DNA of 57,635 nucleotides, filler included, from Basidiobolus ranarum (Eukaryota): NCBI GenBank assembly GCA_040143965.1. It is 7 parts of 7 records of this genome, joined end to end, with 100 filler letters (N's around TTAATTAATTAA, not from the genome) between each part and the next. Parts side by side here need not be neighbours in the genome. Positions count along the whole stretch, not along the records: positions 41,270 to 49,403 come from JASJQH010007887.1; positions 49,504 to 57,635 come from JASJQH010007888.1; 5 more parts are not named here. One strand, 5' to 3'. Shown piece by piece: positions 47,849 to 57,635 of this stretch (position 1 is its first letter; each line of letters starts with the position of its first letter). The notes under the pieces were generated by a model. It saw only the letters and a program-made list of their open reading frames with translations, ran no database searches and was not told where the DNA came from. The position numbers and the translations under genes were made by a program.

Positions 47849-49030
47849 TATTGAAAGATATGGGAGCCTGTTGGAAGTGGTTTGTAGAATTAGAGAAATT
47901 GGTGGTATTCACTTATTTATTAACAGAAATTTGACATTGATAGTTTTGTCAATATATAAGCAAATTAACATGTTGAATGTGTTAAGCAAGGTCCCAGGAC
48001 CATGTGTGCAAAGTTTGGGGCTTCTAGCACAAGCTTGAAAAATCTATATATCTGAGAACTTCTAAGTTGGTAAAAATATTCCAAGTAAGTTGCAACTGAG
48101 CACATTGGAAAATATCTTAGTGAGTTATAAGATAACTAAGTACAAAGCTATATATGAACATATAGGTGTTTAGGTAATCCTAATTTCAACACTTTCCCTC
48201 AACTAAATAGTCATATAAACTAATCCTAAGAAAGGTCTAAATTTCTCAAATTTTATCAAGGTAATGGTTTAGTTGATATATAAGCAATCATGTCTTCTGT
48301 AGAACAATAAGTTAAGTCAATAAACTTATTCTCTATAATCTTGCCAATGAAGTGGTGTCTAATATCTATATGTTTGCTTCCCTTATGAAATTTGGGATTT
48401 TTAGCTAATTTGATATAACTTTGATTATCTTAAAATATCGTAGTTGGTGAATTTGGAGAATAACTTAAATCTGTAAAGAGGTTTCTTAACTATATTGCTT
48501 CTTTTGTGGCTTCACAGGCAGTCATTTGTTCTGCTTCTGTTGTTGAAGGTGCTACAGTAGGTTGTTTCTTTAAATTCCAAGAAATAGTTCCATCATAGCA
48601 AAGAAATAAGTAGCATGTTGTACATATACTGTCTTCAATATCTCTTCCCCAATTTGCATCTAAATATCCCATCAGAGCAAAGTATGATCCAGAATATGTA
48701 TATTTTAAGCATAGAACCACAGTACCTTTCCAATATCTGAAAATCCATTTAACTGCTATGCTTAGATCTAATCCATAATTTTGAAGATATTGGCACAAAA
48801 CTCTCACAGAATATGCAATATCTGGCCATGTTTCAACCATAATATATATCAAAATACCAACCATAGATCAATAACAAATTTTCTGGCTTTTGTTTGAATA
48901 CAAAAACATCTGATTTGAGCCATTTTTGGTCAAGTTAAGAGTTGTCCCCATTGGGAAAGATACTAGATTACATTTTGGCATTTTAAACTTCTTTGGTACA
49001 TCTAGGACTTACTTAGACTGGTTTAAAGTT
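47849..49030 (-). mobile_element. Oppositely oriented copia 3' end: RT/RNase H, PPT and 3' LTR (47849-48191)
   Basis: MVGILIYIMVETWPDIAYSV...GYLDANWGRD...ISWNLKKQPTVAPSTTEAE...EATKEAI; PPT reads CTTTCCCTCA on the + strand at 48192; the 49030 boundary is approximate. Confidence 0.92.
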
Positions 49031-49188
49031 ACAGTTTTGGTAGTTCTTGTTGAAGTTTATTATCTTTATCATATTGGTTATCTCTATCTCTATATATCAA
49101 ACTATTTCATATATCACATATAAGTTGGTTAAGGTTACTTGGTCAAATATCACTTAACTGCAAATTGGAACATGTATTGAGCATATAT

Positions 49189-49403
49189 TGTTAAAGTATT
49201 TGGGAGCCTGTTGGAAGTGGTTTGGAGAATTAGAGGAATTGGTGGTTCTCACTTATTGATTTATTGAGTAGAAAGTTGACATTTATAGTTTAGTCAAGAT
49301 GTAAACAAACTAACATGTAGAATATGTTAAGGAAGGTCCCAGCAACATGTGTGCAAAGTTTGGGGCTTCTAGCACAAGTTTGAAAAATCTATATATCTGA
49401 GAA
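49189..49403 (-). mobile_element. Copia LTR, partial (cut by contig end)
   Basis: TGTTAAAGTATTTGGGAGCCTGTTGGAAGTGG..., same LTR family. Confidence 0.9.
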
Positions 49404-49630
49404 NNNNNNNNNNNNNNNNNNNNNNNNNNNNNNNNNNNNNNNNNNNNTTAATTAATTAANNNNNNNNNNNNNNNNNNNNNNNNNNNNNNNNNNNNNNNNN
49501 NNNCTACTTCAAGCTGCTGATTGCCTGGAATAGAAGCCCGTTTATTTGTTCTCATTTATTTGTTCCCGTTATGGGTGAGTGATTTTCCAACATATTTGAC
49601 AGTCTAATAGTGTGAGTTAAATGAACATAA

Positions 49631-49977
49631 TGTTAAAGTATTTGGGAGCCTGTTAGAAGTGGTTTTTCAAATTAGAGAAATTGGTGGTTTTCGCTTGTTG
49701 ATTAATTGAGTATTCAGTTGACATTTATAGTTTTGTCAAGATGTAAACAGACTAATATGTAGAAAGTGTTAATGAAGGTCCCAGGAACATGTGTGCAAAG
49801 TTTGGGGCTTCTAGCACAAGTTTGAAAATCTATATATCTGAGAACTTCTAAGTTGGTGTCAATATTCCAAGTAAATTCCTCGTGAGAATAATGGGTAATA
49901 TCTTCGTTCAATATAGAATAACTAAGTACTAAGCTATATATGACTATATCGATGTTTAGGCTATGCTAATCTCAACA
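49631..49977 (-). mobile_element. Copia LTR, isolated, no recognisable TSD
   Basis: TGTTAAAG...CTCAACA; full-length member of the family. Confidence 0.9.
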
Positions 49978-50483
49978 AACACAATACAAGGTAGAGGTCT
50001 CTGATAATAGAATAAGCCATCTGAATTGCATATATTTCTCTGGAATAAATATTCATGCGCCAAAATATGTAATAACGGAAGTATAACGAAGGCGTCACTC
50101 TATCTCTACAACTGAGCAGTGCGTAATAGACTAAAGCATTTCATATATTATTCCTGCAACATTGATCCCATTCAATATAGGAATACTTCAAACATTCCAG
50201 AATCTTGGGAGGCATTTTCTTGCATATGAATAAAACTCTAATGCAAGTATTTTCACTGATAGGATTCATCTAAATGTTCCAATGATCCACAACTTCATGA
50301 GAGTCTGCATATATGCTCACAAAGGATCTACCAAGAACAAAGTAGTCACATTTCCAACGGGGAAAGGGGCAAAGTTCAGGTCAAGGGGTAAGCATGAGTT
50401 ATTATAGGAGAGTAAGCACAATCCAATATATAAGCCCTTCATATATTTCTCGAGCTGAAATCAAACCGATTCATCTTTACGCA

Positions 50484-50768
50484 ATGCAACTCTCTACAAA
50501 ACAAATGATCCTCTTCGTTTCCATCATTGCCGCATTCTTATCTGTTTCTCAGAGTGCAATAACTGCTGGATGTAACTCTGGCGCCATCGAAGGGAGACCT
50601 TGTGTCTACGCAGAAGGTTTTAATAGCAATATGTTGTTTAGATGTGTAGGTGATTCTAACGGGAATGGTGTATGGACCCAGATGGCTACTTGCGAGGTAG
50701 GATTGACAGGATCTTGCGGTACTTGTAGAGCACAACCAGGCACAACATGCTGTGCTGTTTGTTTATAA
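50484..50768 (+). CDS. Small secreted cysteine-rich protein (94 aa)
   Basis: Signal MQLSTKQMILFVSIIAAFLSVSQS; 70-aa mature region with 9 Cys; TATA-like ATATATAAG about 55 nt upstream. Confidence 0.8.
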   Translation: MQLSTKQMILFVSIIAAFLSVSQSAITAGCNSGAIEGRPCVYAEGFNSNMLFRCVGDSNGNGVWTQMATCEVGLTGSCGTCRAQPGTTCCAVCL

Positions 50769-51928
50769 AATGCGGATATCCATAATTCTTTAAGGATATC
50801 CAGTTATTCAGCTTAGAATATTAGTATTAGTATGAGTATGAGTATTAGTATTGAATTGCCACTTCCTCTCACTGCCATTAGTCGCTTATATGACTGAATA
50901 AGCCTGTAAGCCACTTGATTAATAAAATAATGGACTACATGTAAGCATACATTATAATAAAGGATTCAATATACCTTCTGAAGTAGCATAAATTCAGTAT
51001 ACCGTTGTTTAGGGGAGAACGTTTCACCGGCTATTAGTATTTGAATTACGAGCGCAGCTTTTTATGACCTGTTGGCATCAAAAAAATATTCAAGATTTGG
51101 AGAGTTCGGTGTCGTTATACATATTCAACAAAATGTCGGAATATATAATACTAAAGGCTTTTCGAAGGCTTAGGAGTTATGTTGCTTTTTTGGCAAATTC
51201 TCTGACAACCTTCTTGATATGCTAGGAACGAGATATATAAGCAATACTCTCAAGGCTCATGAGTGAAGCCTGGTTGAACGAAAATTTCAATGCCACTGGT
51301 TGGAGTTGAAAACCAAAATATTGAGGGTAGCACCCTTCAACTCAGTCATCACATCCTTAGTGGCTGGGAACAAGTGCACTTGGGCTAGTTGTATTCAAAC
51401 CATCACGAGATAAATACAAATCTGCCACACCAACAATAAGAACTTGGCATACGGGATTTGTACTTACGGTGTTTTGTGTTGCTGCGTATTGCTCTTATAC
51501 TTCACAGTGTTAGAAATCGTGAGACACTCCAAGGTATCTGATTCTTCTGTGTATTTGATGACAATAGTCTAATAAATAACAACCTTTGGGAATACCATAA
51601 CGTCAAATTGCATTCATCACGTTGAATCAGAAATGAAGGCTTCTTGTGTTTAGCTCAGTTTTCTATATTACATCCCATGTAGCAGCCTAATAATTACATG
51701 TCTAAATCGCCTAGAAAGAGAGAATTGGATTCATGCGTGTTACACGAGAAATCCGTTTAAATTCAGCAATGACCATGCTATCGCACTTTATCAAGACTAT
51801 CCCAGGCCTAAATATTGTATATTATTCGTTTATTAACAAATTGCTAGAAATTCTAACGTGTGGATTCTGTGCTTCGGTTCATTCAGTCTACTAATAGAAA
51901 TAGCTCATGCTTATGAAGGAACAAATGC

Positions 51929-52860
51929 TTATTCGTCCTCCTCATTTAAGTCATCTTCAGAATCCTCCTCCTCATCTATACCTTGGAAGTACCTCAACGC
52001 ATTGGGGAAAAGATCGTTGGCTACTAACTCGCCAATCTCAGCATCGTCTTCGGTGAACCACATAAAGAAGCTACCAGAATCTACCTCTTCGCCTTGACCG
52101 CTTTTTTTAGTGATATCCTTTCCTTCCTTCCAGGTGATAGGGTGGTTTTTCACTTTTACACAGCAACCATCGTCGTCATGAGAAAACTCTTTGATCAACT
52201 CTTTGTTTTCAAAGTAAGGATTTTCAGAAAATTCCTATAAAAAACATTTTTGAATCAGCATTTGGACAGCATTTACTTATCAACGAATTATCACAAATAC
52301 CATGATAATCTTGTAAGCAGTGCAATCCTTCTCGTCTCTTTGAACCTTAAGATTTGTCAAATACTCGAATACTAGGAGATCTTCTTCGTCTAAAAGAGCA
52401 CCTAAAGTTATCAAACGTCGTTAAGTAGCTTATTAACAATATAAATTTTCTTAAATTTTAACATACTGAGCATAGGATGGTTTCCAAACTGTATTCGAAT
52501 AATAAGACAAAAATAATTGTTTCAATAGTTAGTTCAAGTCACGATCGTCTATTAATCAAAGCAAAATTACTAACAGCAGTACTCCAAAATTTAGGGATTT
52601 GAGCCAAGATCTCGCTTCTCTTTTCATAAATAGGTGCTTTGATATTTTCATATTTAGTGGCAAGCGCAGTGGTCTCTTCAACTAGAGTAGAATTAGTGGA
52701 TTTGTATGACATAATATCCTCGAGGGATTTCTCTGGTGATACGAAGAGCTTTTTACTTACCCAAAGTATCGTTTATTTTCTCGAATTCATCTTCGATTTG
52801 GACCACTTGGGGCCAAACTTTTTGCAAAGCAGGATCGACTTCGAGGATTTCAGTGGACAT
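51929..52860 (-). CDS. NAP/SET-family histone chaperone (SET/Vps75-like), 5 exons including a 22-nt micro-exon
   Basis: PIYEKRSEILAQIPKFWSTA|FGNHPML|S...FEYLTNLKV...EFSENPYFENKELIKEF...PITWKEGKD...SFFMWF...IGELVANDLFPNALRYF + acidic tail. Confidence 0.92.
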
Positions 52861-53259
52861 ATTATTTCTATGTGAGGTGGTTTTGGTTAAGTTTTTTCTA
52901 TTCAGTGAGAAGTTATATTATTCACAAGAACCAAATGAATGTAGTTTTTACGAACAATTGTAAAATCAATTGCTATCATTTTGTTAGTCAATGTTAATCC
53001 CCTTTTTTTTCTTTTTTTTAGCTTTTTTTTTTGGCATCTTTATACGGTGGCGTTACTAAAAAAAATGAAAAGTCACATCAGTCACACCACCAATAATCGG
53101 AATTTTGCATGCTAAACTATTCCACATGAATACCCTGGAATTATTAAAGTTCGTTCAAAATTGGTGTAAATAAACGGGTCATCGTGATGCGTAAGTTAGC
53201 ATGATCTTGATTCCTCAACTTTTTAGATACCCAACTTGTACATAAACGATTGGGATAAC

Positions 53260-54339
53260 ATGTCATGGTCGTCTTTGATAACGGAGATAACATCTGAGAC
53301 TGGGCTTCAGGTAGCTCTCTTCTTAATTGTGTATTGTAAGTCCAGTACTTGTTCATTTACCTTTATTTTTAAACCCATCTAGCTGTACAACTCAATAAAG
53401 GGAAAACGTTCCATTGGGCCACTGTATCTTGATTGTTTCGATCGTTCTATTGCTATAGCGCGCAATGAACTTGAAAAATACCTAGCAGATCCAGTAACAT
53501 ACACGAGCGTTTATCCAGGAGAGGTCATTCAGTTTGATGGAAATTCAGGCACTGGTAAAACCGAGATTCAAATCTTTCTAATCCTAACCACCATTATACC
53601 AGAATTTCAAGAGTTTCAAGTGAATCAAGATATGATCAAGGTGCACTTAGGAGGTCGTGGAAAGTCGGTTATATTTATTGATACTGAAGGAAAACTTCGC
53701 GTAGAAAGGATATTTGAATTGGTTAAACTACATTTCGTGCGATGTTTAAGGAAGGTGAAGGTTTCTGCTTATGACGAGTTACATGAAGAGATAAACCAAT
53801 TGATATTGGAGTGGTTAGAGCGGGTGCATATATTTCGACCGAACTCTACTTTACAACTTTTATCTACTATTAAGAGATTACCTAGCTATTTGAGTCAACT
53901 TCAAGAGAGCACTCATTTCCTCTTCTTAGATTCACCTTCTACCTTTTATTGGATGGACAGATTAGAGTCTCAGAGTCTCGGAACGTTTGTACCACTTCAC
54001 AAGTCTTTAGCGCAATCAATTAGAGATATTAGTCTGGAGTGGGGCTTGGTTGTATGTATCTCGAATCCTGTACTTCTCTCACCTGAGAAAAGAGAGTATA
54101 ATAGCGGGAGCTCTCTACATGATTCACTAGTAATAAGAGAGCATCTACCACCAATATGGAAGGAGTGTATCAACTACCGATTTATTATTGCACATGAAGA
54201 GGTTGGCCAGTCAAGATGCAACGATCCCAAAGTGGGGATTTTTTGGAATAAATCCGATCTACGAATAGGTAAAATGGTGACGCCCATGGTGGGGCAAGTC
54301 TTTAGATTCCATGTTAATGGTGAAGGTGTTGTGTCCTGA
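53260..54339 (+). CDS. XRCC2: RAD51 paralog, XRCC2-like; exons 53260-53310 and 53383-54339
   Basis: SETGLQ|LYNSIKGKRS resembles the XRCC2 N-terminus; Walker A GEVIQFDGNSGTGKTE; LGGRGKSVIFIDT; LFLDSPSTFYWMDR (XRCC2-type LILDSxSAFYWxDR). Confidence 0.82.
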
Positions 54340-54638
54340 GGCTAATAATCGCCACCAGAACTTAACTTTCAGCGATCACTAGTATCTCTTCTATGTAAAT
54401 ATTGGCTTTTAATCATTCCAAGTCTTTGCCCAGGTTTTGTACAATCTTCACAATAAATATCAAATCTTCACCCACTTAACTAGAGCAATCCAAATCGAGA
54501 TGGGGTATAAGCTTAGCATATATACTTAAATCAAACCATATATGAATGTTGGTTGATCGTCACCCTATCAAAGTAGGTGTAATTTAATTTTATAGTTCGC
54601 CTATTTTCTTTCCTATCAGTTCTATGACAAAGTAAAGT

Positions 54639-55942
54639 ATGTCAGGTTCTAAAACATATCCATTCTGGTTCGGTGGTAAGTAGGGATTGTTCAATTCTAC
54701 AGAATGATTTTATCACTTCTTGTCAAGATATCATAGCTTACCGAGGCTTCTTCTCTATAGGGGTTGCCACTTGTTTTGCAACGCTCTGCACCCATCCATT
54801 TGATGTTGTGAAAGTTCAATTGCAAACCAACGAAGCTAAACTTCGAAAGTCCGATCCGGGGGCTTTTAAAACCCTGAACAACATAGTGAAACGAAATGGT
54901 TGGCGGTGTCTATATGACGGGTTATCCGGTAGCTTATTCAGACAGGCTGTAAGTCAAAGAGTATTCTTACAATAGACGTATTTAGTTTAAATATCGATTA
55001 TATTTTGTAGACCTATTCTACCACCAGATTCGCCATATACGACATTATCAAAGGACAGCTATCCGACAATCAAGGTAAGAAAGAAGTATAAAAGGGACTG
55101 CTCTAACTACCTTGACTCACCTATTGCTTTATATATCCTGTTTCTTTTTGATAATCCAGGGAGACTTTCTATTTTAAATGCCTCTTTTGCCTCCATAGTT
55201 TCCGGTAAGCTATTGGTATGAATTTTTGTGAATCACCCATGCTTTTGATACACTTACTGATATCATTCTCTACACACCAGGTGTCATAGGTGGTGTAGTA
55301 GGAAATCCTGCCGATGTAGTTATGATCCGTATGGCCAACGACAGAAAACTTCCTTTGGCGGAGCGACGTAGTTATCGTCATGTATTTGATGGATTTATTC
55401 GCATCACTAGAGAAGAAGGCATCAAGTGTTTGTTTCGCGGAGTATACCCGAATATGGTTCGTGCCATTGCGGTTACTAGTTCTCAACTAGCTAGCTACGA
55501 CCAAATCAAGCAAGTGCTTCAATTTCGTGTGGGTTGGTCGGATGACTTTAGAACACATTTGGTTTGCAGTTTACTAGCGGTCAGTATAATCTTCATACCT
55601 CATTTAAGTCCCTCCTTCACTACTAACGGAAATCAATAGGGCCTTGTCGCTACAACCGTATGCTCACCAGTTGATGTGATAAAAACACGAGTGATGAATT
55701 CTCCAAAACGATTGGTACGACAACCTTTAATCCTACATATTCTACGATGATTCTTGTAACTGAAACTAAGATCACTTTATCTCATGTAGGGTGCAATACT
55801 AACTATGACTAAGATGTTCAAAAATGAGGGAGCTCGCGGGTTCTTTAAAGGGTGGTTACCATCCTATATGAGATTAGGCCCACATACATTGGTAACCTTT
55901 CTCACTTTGGAAAAACTTCGACAGTGGCATGATGGTCGCTAA
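54639..55942 (+). CDS. DIC1: Mitochondrial dicarboxylate carrier (SLC25A10-like), multi-exon
   Basis: YPFWFGG, THPFDVVKVQLQ, LYDGLSGSLFRQA|TYSTTRF, GNPADVVMIRMAND..LP...RRSY, QLASYDQIK, CSPVDVIKTRVMN, FFKGWLPSYMRLGPHT. Confidence 0.93.
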
Positions 55943-56713
55943 TCAGAAAACATTCGTATACCTTTACTACATCTCATCATTCATCAATTTAAATTCATCA
56001 GGCATTACAATCTTTTAATCTACCGATTTTTATGTACATACTTGACCTGCATTAGAGAACACTTTAAATTCGCTATTTATTGGATTTTTCTCATTCATGA
56101 ATTAATATCATACATAAACAATACGGATGTACTCTTCTCTTTAGCTCCGAGATTGTCCGATATAAAGAGTAACTTGCTAGCTATTACTCACAATATTATC
56201 GACCAGGTGAGGAGGAAGATAAAAGCAAACAAGAGTAAAAGTGTAGAAGACATCAGAGATGTAATCAAATCAAAGCCATACAAGTGGATAGAAGAGCTGA
56301 GTTTTCTACGCTAATGAATGATACGTTTAGTGAGAAGAAATTAAGCAAAGAATCAAAGACAGAATCAAGTTCCCCACTTTTCAAAGGCTCAACTTGTGCT
56401 ATCGTCAGATCAATCTCATTCATCACATTTCAAAGTAAAGGTTAGCAAGATTTTCCAATATGAGATTTGTAACATAGAGTGTGATGACTTACATGTATCA
56501 CAGGGTTATCAGAATGATGAAGTTCCCTTTTCAAAGTAATCTTCAATTTGATTCTTAACTCATCCAACTCTTCATTTAAGTCTTCCATTTTTTCTATCAT
56601 ATGAGTCTCCAATAGTAAATGTGAAGGGTGATAGATTTTTATCATTGTTTCTTGGTAGGCGCGCTTGTCGTTTCTGGAAATATTTCTTGATTTCAAGAAG
56701 CTTCGTAATAGTG

Positions 56714-57040
56714 TCATTCAGCACTTTCCTTCGCCTCTTCTACTAGCTCCAGGTCTATGCATTCAACTATGGAATAAGCTACATCCTTCAATGATTTAGC
56801 CTAAAGAGTCAGTGTGAAGAAAGGGATGATGTGATCAAAGGTAATTATTCGAGAACAAATAGGTATCTATATCATTATTCTGTAGAAATTCTTCCTTTGA
56901 TCATAGATCCTGAAGTAAAGCTCAGTATTTTTCACGATTAGGCCTATATCGTCGAGATATTCTTTGATAGTATGATATCGATTCAAGTTGATCTTTTCTA
57001 TTTTAGTAGAAAGGTTTACCATATCATCTACATAAAGTCC
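56714..57040 (-). pseudogene. Decayed ATAD2/Yta7-like bromodomain fragment
   Basis: DMVNLST/KIEKINLNRYHTIKEYLDDIGLIVKNTELY..RKNFYR [intron with GT>AT donor] AKSLKDVAYSIVECIDLELVEEAKESAE*; parallels remembered ATAD2 MDLS...KIDLHKYLTVKDYLRDIDLICSNALEY...HRACALRDTAYAII; frameshift in an A-run and premature TGA. Confidence 0.55.
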
Positions 57041-57424
57041 ATGAATTTGAATGAAATTTAACCATCATACATATCATATCACTTATAGCTATATAACTGG
57101 GTGCATGCTCAAAGAAAGCCATTATTTCCTGTGACTCTTCAAGGAGGTGGTGAGACTATAGCCATCTAAATATCATTCTCTGCTATTGTGACTATGTATA
57201 CAACATGGTTAGTCAGATGAGATTATGGACATCTAACTAGATCAAGAAAGCTTCAATCGAGTGAAGTCTGGAATGATGAAACAAGCATATCTAGCAATGC
57301 AAGAAAATAGACTACATTACACATGAACAACAATATTTATAAACGATCCGACTCCAATATTATGATATCAAACTTGTGTTTATTAAGCACGAAGGGGGGA
57401 AGAGTAAGAAGATGAAGGCTAGGT

Positions 57425-57635
57425 TTAACGGTAACGTCTGAGAGACAAAGTGTTTCTCTTGATCCAGTTATTGCGTCTACCAGAACCAATAGTCTTGTTG
57501 AAGGCATGACCCTTACCGTGACCGCGGTTCTTCTTACCAATGGCAGTAAGACCACGAGCTTCACGACGCTTGTGAACAGGGTTACAGATCCAGTTGATAC
57601 GAGCATCACGACGAATAGCCTTGTGGGAAGGATCG
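57425..57635 (-). CDS. RPL15: 60S ribosomal protein eL15, C-terminal part
   Basis: [43 protein letters not shown]...[11 protein letters not shown]. Confidence 0.97.
   Translation of the reverse strand, partial: DPSHKAIRRDARINWICNPVHKRREARGLTAIGKKNRGHGKGHAFNKTIGSGRRNNWIKRNTLSLRRYR

Noticed and set aside
47799..48038. Short ORFs containing KVPG(T/P)CVQSL (also 8855-9040, and the opposite-strand reading LCTHVPGTF at 8865-9074 and 49714-49911)
   Set aside because: Chance frames within LTR copies, not a protein family.
50815..50853. (TTAGTA/TGAGTA)n hexamer run
   Set aside because: Short 3'-UTR microsatellite with no further structure.
56714..56716. In-frame TGA considered as possible selenocysteine or readthrough
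   Set aside because: It aligns with Arg (CGA>TGA) and co-occurs with a frameshift and a dead splice site, so pseudogene decay is the simpler explanation.

Overview
The window is not one locus. It is seven unrelated AT-rich eukaryotic contigs (1-8165, 8266-16427, 16528-24684, 24785-32931, 33032-41169, 41270-49403, 49504-57635), whose lengths fall steadily from 8165 to 8132 nt, joined by 100-nt N44-TTAATTAATTAA-N44 spacers. Adjacency across spacers therefore means nothing. Short GT-AG introns, fungal-type proteins, an XRCC2-like gene and a class II ribonucleotide reductase point to an early-diverging (non-Dikarya) fungus; Basidiobolus-like is my guess, not a database result. Housekeeping genes: RPS1, G-protein beta, SPT6, FPGS/MET7, a CTD small phosphatase, an ABCA transporter, Yippee, a Pho85-type cyclin, RPL5, a SIRT5-type sirtuin, an AN1 zinc finger, NAP/SET, XRCC2, DIC1 and RPL15. 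Also present: three tRNAs, a cyclase-family gene with a pseudogene paralog, several secreted or orphan proteins, at least eight copies of one ~310-350 bp Ty1/copia LTR, and a Ty3/gypsy relic. Most notable: (1) the C-terminus of a cobalamin-dependent RNR; (2) a fasciclin with no signal peptide whose second FAS1 domain is split by ~280 aa of RGG/acidic repeats; (3) a secreted Gly-Lys-Tyr repeat protein; (4) a cluster of three C34 tRNAs; (5) an AN1 protein with a splice-dependent CaaX tail; (6) a strong CpG-deamination signature in the retroelements. All calls come from reading and motif recognition by eye; no searches were run.
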